NCBI GenBank assembly: GCA_944326535.1
Contig: CALVEJ010000102.1
Coordinates: 1,231-65,230, forward strand
DNA length: 64,000 nucleotides
From: Candidatus Gastranaerophilales bacterium
GTDB taxonomy: Bacteria > Cyanobacteriota > Vampirovibrionia > Gastranaerophilales > Gastranaerophilaceae
Direction: 5' to 3'
Shown here: positions 59,865 through 64,000 of the stretch, one piece after another
Layout: the number at the start of each line of letters is the position of its first letter
Numbering within the stretch: the first letter of the stretch is position 1
Notes under the pieces: model-generated
Database searches by the model: none
Seen by the model: the letters and a program-made list of their open reading frames with translations, nothing else
What the model was told of the DNA's origin: nothing
Program-made: the position numbers and the translations under genes

Positions 59865-60687
59865 ACCAGCAGTTAAGATTATCGAAGACTCTGTTAATAC
59901 TAAAGGCGATCGTCTTACCACCTTTGAACTGAAGTATTGGAGACCTCTTCTTCCCGAGATGAATACGCATCGTGTCTTCAGCCGTAATGCCGCATCCAGT
60001 CGTGCTCAATCGTTTGAAGACCGTTGTGAGTTCATTTGTTATAACCCCACTCTTCCTAAACATTGGAATGCTGAAAAGCCCGGAATGATGGGAGGAGAAG
60101 AATTTCCTGAGGAAATCAAGGATTACATCAATGATTCAATTTCTGATCTTAGTCGTATTGTTGTTGATACTCTTCAACATGTGAATGAAGAAGTTAAACA
60201 GCGTACAGGTTATGAAATCCATAAACAGTATTTGAATCGTTACCTTGAACCTTTTACTCGTGTAACTCAATTGGTTTCTTCTACGGATTGGGACAACTTC
60301 TTCTCTCTGCGAATCTCTGATGAGGCTCAGCCGGAGATGAAAGACATTGCCGTTCGTATGCGTGAGGAGATGATCAAGAATATTCCTGTGGAACGTACTC
60401 TTCATATTCCTTATGTGACCCAAGAAGAACGGAATGAACTTCCTCGTGAAGAATGCATTGAAATCTCTGTAGCTCGTTGTGCTCGTGTCTGTTATAAGCC
60501 TTATGCAGGTGAACAGGACAAGGCTAAGGACTTCCGTCTGTATTCCCGTCTAATGGCTGGTAGACATTGGAGTCCCTTTGAACATATTGCCTTCGCAGAT
60601 CCGGAAGGTATGTTTAAGAACGAACATCGGAACTATACCGGATGGGCACAACTTCGAGGGAGATACGATTGGGTGACTCCGGAATAA
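59851..60687 (+). CDS. ThyX-family (flavin-dependent thymidylate synthase-like) protein with an unusual block order
   Basis: ThyX-motif-like HRVFSRNAASSRA near the N-terminus, then T..(V)..DWDNFFSLR..EAQ.E. At the C-terminus are ARCARV..GRHWSPFEHIAF and a degenerate second HR..T....L.GRY. Confidence 0.65.
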   Translation: MYLIEPAVKIIEDSVNTKGDRLTTFELKYWRPLLPEMNTHRVFSRNAASSRAQSFEDRCEFICYNPTLPKHWNAEKPGMMGGEEFPEEIKDYINDSISDLSRIVVDTLQHVNEEVKQRTGYEIHKQYLNRYLEPFTRVTQLVSSTDWDNFFSLRISDEAQPEMKDIAVRMREEMIKNIPVERTLHIPYVTQEERNELPREECIEISVARCARVCYKPYAGEQDKAKDFRLYSRLMAGRHWSPFEHIAFADPEGMFKNEHRNYTGWAQLRGRYDWVTPE

Positions 60688-60739
60688 TCATATTTATTGT
60701 TATTCTTTTAACTCTATTTATTATTAACTTACGTTTTTA

Positions 60740-60770
60740 AGAAAAACCACCTTCGGGTGGTTTTTCTTTA
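60740..60770 (+). terminator. Intrinsic terminator
   Basis: AAAAACCACC-TTCG-GGTGGTTTTT, then CTTT. Confidence 0.85.
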
Positions 60771-60779
60771 TCTACTGCT

Positions 60780-62096
60780 ATGGCTCTGTACGATACTCTT
60801 AATCAAGATCAAAAGGATGCTGCGGCTAAGTTTGAAAGATTTCTCTTGAGTGATGACAAAGAGTTTTATCTTTTCGGAGCCGCAGGCTGTGGAAAAACCT
60901 ATCTCCTTCAGTATCTCCTAACTGAAGGAATTAAAAAATTCAAACGACAGTGTGCAGTACTTGGTAAGGAAGTCAAACTTAAGTATCTGGCTCTGACCGC
61001 ACCTACCAACAAGGCTGTGGAAGTTCTGGAACAGTATCGAAATATTCCTTTTGAACTCCCTCTGTCACACATCTGTACTACTTTTTCTCTCTTTGAAATT
61101 CGAGTAGAGGAAAACTACAAAAATGGAACCACGGAACTTGGATATTCCGGTAGTTTTAGCGGGCATCAGAACGCTGTCGTCGTGGTGGATGAATGCTCCA
61201 TGCTCCCTCAAGAAGTGCTTGATTATATCCGTCGTTTCACTCCGCATTGCAAACTTGTGTTCGTAGGAGACAACTTCCAGTTGGCTCCCGTCAATGGAGA
61301 AGCGTATTGGAACAAAACTCCCGACAAGGTTACGGCATATCTTCGAAGCCCTATTCGAAATAAGGACCAGAAAGCTCTTGTAGATCTTTGCAATCAGCTT
61401 CGGGATACCGTCGATAGTCTGGAGTTCAAAGACATCAAGCTTCACAAAGGAACCATTGACCTGCTCAGTGATGAAGAAGCTTTGGATTGGATCAAGAATG
61501 CAGACTTCGATAAGAACCGCATTCTCTCGTATACCAACAACAAGGTATTGAAGTACATCTCTCTCATCGAACAACAGCAAGGTACTTTCAAGTTCATTCA
61601 GGAAGGAAGGGCCTATGTCAATAATAATTCCTTCACTGCTACTCCTCGAATGTTCTTTTATCCGGAAGAGATGGTTTTCATTGAAGAGATCATTTCTTCT
61701 CCTCATTTGATGGAAGAGCTTCCTTCTCAGTTCTACCTCTCTGTAGTGAAGGCAAGGGTTCGCTCTCTTCGAAATCCCAAGAAGGTCTTCATCTGCACTA
61801 TTGCAACAGATCCAAAGGCACTGAAGGAACGAATCCTTCAAGCTGCTCAGAACAAGAATTGGGTTGTGTATTTTACCTTGAAGAAGGAAGTCATGGACCT
61901 TCGTTTGCCCTATGCTTCAACGATTCATAAGGCTCAAGGAAGTACCTTTGACGAAGTATTTCTTGATCTGGATTCCTTCCGATCCTGTAAGGATCCGGAG
62001 ACTGCTGCACGTCTCCTGTATGTTGCTGCGTCTCGTGCAAAGAACCGTTTGGTTCTCTATGGAAAGCTTCCCAAGAAGTACGGAAAACTAGTTTAA
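60780..62096 (+). CDS. SF1 DNA helicase (Dda/RecD-like)
   Basis: Walker A GAAGCGKTY, Walker B VVVDECSML, and C-terminal STIHKAQGSTFDEVFL and LLYVAASRAKNRL. Confidence 0.85.
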   Translation: MALYDTLNQDQKDAAAKFERFLLSDDKEFYLFGAAGCGKTYLLQYLLTEGIKKFKRQCAVLGKEVKLKYLALTAPTNKAVEVLEQYRNIPFELPLSHICTTFSLFEIRVEENYKNGTTELGYSGSFSGHQNAVVVVDECSMLPQEVLDYIRRFTPHCKLVFVGDNFQLAPVNGEAYWNKTPDKVTAYLRSPIRNKDQKALVDLCNQLRDTVDSLEFKDIKLHKGTIDLLSDEEALDWIKNADFDKNRILSYTNNKVLKYISLIEQQQGTFKFIQEGRAYVNNNSFTATPRMFFYPEEMVFIEEIISSPHLMEELPSQFYLSVVKARVRSLRNPKKVFICTIATDPKALKERILQAAQNKNWVVYFTLKKEVMDLRLPYASTIHKAQGSTFDEVFLDLDSFRSCKDPETAARLLYVAASRAKNRLVLYGKLPKKYGKLV

Positions 62097-62105
62097 GGAG
62101 ACATC

Positions 62106-62612
62106 ATGCTTTCAGACCATGCCTGTCTTGCTTTCAATATGAACAAAAACAAAACCGTTGTTTTTATTCATTGGCTGCTGGAAGACTATATGGACTATCT
62201 CATGAAGGAGGTTGAAGAACAGTATCAGAAGACTCTTCGACGGGAACAGAAGGAAGACAAGTTTCTTGGTCTGGTAATCAACAATGTCAAGTTGTATCGA
62301 GACAAGAGGCACATTGGATATTCTTCTGAACCAAAAGGATTTCTATTTATCTCCAAACCTAATGAAGATGAAAGTAAACTTAGTGTTCTTTATTCCAAGT
62401 TTGTAAAAGACATCAGGTTCTTCCAGCAATGGTTCTCTCTTATGCTGAATAAGGAAGGACATCTTAACTCCTCCATTACTCCTCCTTGTCTTAATGAATA
62501 TTACTTTGGGTATGCGGCTTTGGACTATCACGTACCTCAAGGTAAAGAAGCTACTTGGAAGAAAGGAGAACAGTTGGTTAAGTACTATCGAAGTTTGAAG
62601 ATGATCCTATGA
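62106..62612 (+). CDS. Hypothetical protein
   Basis: ORF track entry with an AAGGAG SD. Confidence 0.6.
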   Translation: MLSDHACLAFNMNKNKTVVFIHWLLEDYMDYLMKEVEEQYQKTLRREQKEDKFLGLVINNVKLYRDKRHIGYSSEPKGFLFISKPNEDESKLSVLYSKFVKDIRFFQQWFSLMLNKEGHLNSSITPPCLNEYYFGYAALDYHVPQGKEATWKKGEQLVKYYRSLKMIL

Positions 62613-64000
62613 GTTACTGGTATGACTCTGTCCAAGACAGTTATAAGATTTGTTTTCTCGTCAACACCATCAACGTAGACAAGATCAAAAAGGAATATCT
62701 TTCTTCTCTGGATCTGAAGGATATTCTTGTACTGGATCTTCCTACGAAGGAAAAAGGAAAAGTAACTGCTAAGGAATATAAGGAATACTGGAATACTCTC
62801 AAGGAAACCTTTAACAACTACAATATAGAGTATGTGGTTGTCTGCAATGGCGATGCTTATAAGGCATTCACCAAGTCTCCTAAAGCAGAAGTCAATCTTG
62901 GCTACATCAAACTTGTAGATAATCGCAAGGTTCTTTATGTACCCGACTATAAAATGGTTTTCTATGATCCTGAGAAAACCAGAGCCAAGATCAACAGATC
63001 CATCTCCTCTCTCAAGGATGATATGAATGGAATGTATCATCCTCCGGGTACGATTCAATACAACTCAACTTATCCGAAGACTCCTTCTGAAATTAAGGAA
63101 GAACTCTTTAAGCTTCTTCCTTGCGATAAGTTGACATGTGATATTGAAACCTTCTCTCTGCGTCCTCACCTTGCAGGGATTGCTTCAATCGGATTTGCCA
63201 AGAACCAGGAAGAAGGCATTGCCTTCTCCGTGGATCTCTTTGCTGACTGTCCTAATAAGGAAGTCAGACAGATTCTGAAGAAGTTCTTTGAACAGTATCA
63301 AGGTACTTTGATCTTCCATAACATTGCCTTCGACACTACGGTATTGGTTTACCAGCTGTACATGTCGGATATTGCAGACACCAAAGGTTGTCTGGAAGGA
63401 ATCAAAGTACTACTGAAGAACTTCGAAGATACGAAACTTATTGCTTATTTGGCAACCAACTCTTGTGCAGGCAATGAGCTGGGACTTAAAGCTCTGGCTC
63501 AAGAGTTTGCAGGAAACTATGCGCAAGAAGAGATTGAACATGTAGAAAAGATTCCTGAAGCACAACTTCTTGAATACAACTTGAAGGATTGTTTATCCAC
63601 TTGGTTCGTATACAACAAATACAAACCGATCATGCTCAAGGACAATCAAGAAGGTATTTATAAGAATCTTTTCCTTCCCTGCATTAAGGATATTGTTCAG
63701 ATGCAACTGACAGGATTCCCTTTGAATATGAAGAGAGTTCTTGAAGTAGAACAGATTCTTAAAGAAGATCAGCAGAATGCTCTGAAAGGTCTTGAGAACA
63801 GCTCAATCATTAAGAACTTCATTGATGTTCTCAAACAGGAATGGGTAGAACAAAGGAACAGTGTTCTAAAGAAAAAGAGAGTAACTTTGGAAGATGCAAC
63901 AAAGGTTACTTTCAATCCCAGAAGCCATCCTCAACTTCAAAGACTGTTCTATGAAGAACTGGGACTTCCGGTCATCAATATGACTGCCAAATGTCTTCCT
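62609..64000 (+). CDS. Family A DNA polymerase with a 3'-5' exonuclease domain, 3' end outside window
   Basis: It is not in the ORF track because there is no stop in the window. The frame is open from the ATG at 62609 (ATGA overlap) to 64000. It carries Exo I CDIETFSL, Exo II IFHNIAFD, Exo III YNLKDC and ..HPQLQRLFYEELGLPV. Confidence 0.8.
   Translation, partial: MSYWYDSVQDSYKICFLVNTINVDKIKKEYLSSLDLKDILVLDLPTKEKGKVTAKEYKEYWNTLKETFNNYNIEYVVVCNGDAYKAFTKSPKAEVNLGYIKLVDNRKVLYVPDYKMVFYDPEKTRAKINRSISSLKDDMNGMYHPPGTIQYNSTYPKTPSEIKEELFKLLPCDKLTCDIETFSLRPHLAGIASIGFAKNQEEGIAFSVDLFADCPNKEVRQILKKFFEQYQGTLIFHNIAFDTTVLVYQLYMSDIADTKGCLEGIKVLLKNFEDTKLIAYLATNSCAGNELGLKALAQEFAGNYAQEEIEHVEKIPEAQLLEYNLKDCLSTWFVYNKYKPIMLKDNQEGIYKNLFLPCIKDIVQMQLTGFPLNMKRVLEVEQILKEDQQNALKGLENSSIIKNFIDVLKQEWVEQRNSVLKKKRVTLEDATKVTFNPRSHPQLQRLFYEELGLPVINMTAKCLP

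Noticed and set aside
1-64000. CRISPR arrays, integrase/attachment sites, reverse transcriptase/DGR, restriction-modification or other canonical defence cassettes.
   Set aside because: I saw no regularly spaced direct repeats, no tyrosine or serine recombinase motifs, no YxDD RT motif and no methyltransferase motifs in any ORF. The AlpA-like HTH stands alone without an integrase.

Overview
This window is a large, circularly permuted piece of an N4-like (Schitoviridae-type) podophage genome, not a bacterial chromosome. I first suspected a crAss-like phage and rejected that. There are three blocks. (i) 1-9.4 kb, plus strand: nucleotide-metabolism and middle genes. These are the 3' part of folD, a DUF3310-like gene, a seven-tRNA array whose spacers are long closed stem structures, an intein-containing nrdD, nrdG, dut and an embedded Rz/Rz1 spanin pair. 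(ii) 9.4-47.0 kb, minus strand: the late/virion block in N4 gene order. It holds a 3,691-aa virion RNA polymerase with T7-family motifs A and B, gp51-55-like internal proteins, major capsid, scaffold-like protein and portal. Next comes an accessory/lysis island: a PP-loop ATPase, a GH108 SAR-endolysin, a holin, a roughly 9-TM transporter-like protein, a divergently oriented AlpA-type HTH, and three tandem paralogs that all start MLNKELLL (the first ends in a G10/C10 tract). The block finishes with tail fibres carrying collagen-like and HTH..VTGL repeats, the large terminase and a Pnkp-type HAD phosphatase. (iii) 47.1-47.8 kb is a non-coding switch region (AT-rich, then G-rich) with tandem promoter/terminator modules, probably the genome-end and early-promoter region. 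It is followed by plus-strand early/middle genes at 47.8-64 kb. These include many small SD-plus-terminator cassettes, a single-polypeptide T7-like RNA polymerase, and a MoxR-type AAA+ ATPase split by a td-like group I intron carrying an HNH/AP2 homing endonuclease. Its VWA/metallopeptidase partner, a ThyX-family protein with rearranged conserved blocks, a Dda/RecD-like helicase and the 5' part of a family A DNA polymerase complete the block. I saw no CRISPR array, integrase, rRNA, reverse transcriptase, suppressor tRNA or sign of stop-codon reassignment. Strong Shine-Dalgarno sites, sigma70-like boxes and spanins point to a Gram-negative host. All functional calls rest on motifs read by eye and on synteny remembered from phage N4; no database search was run.
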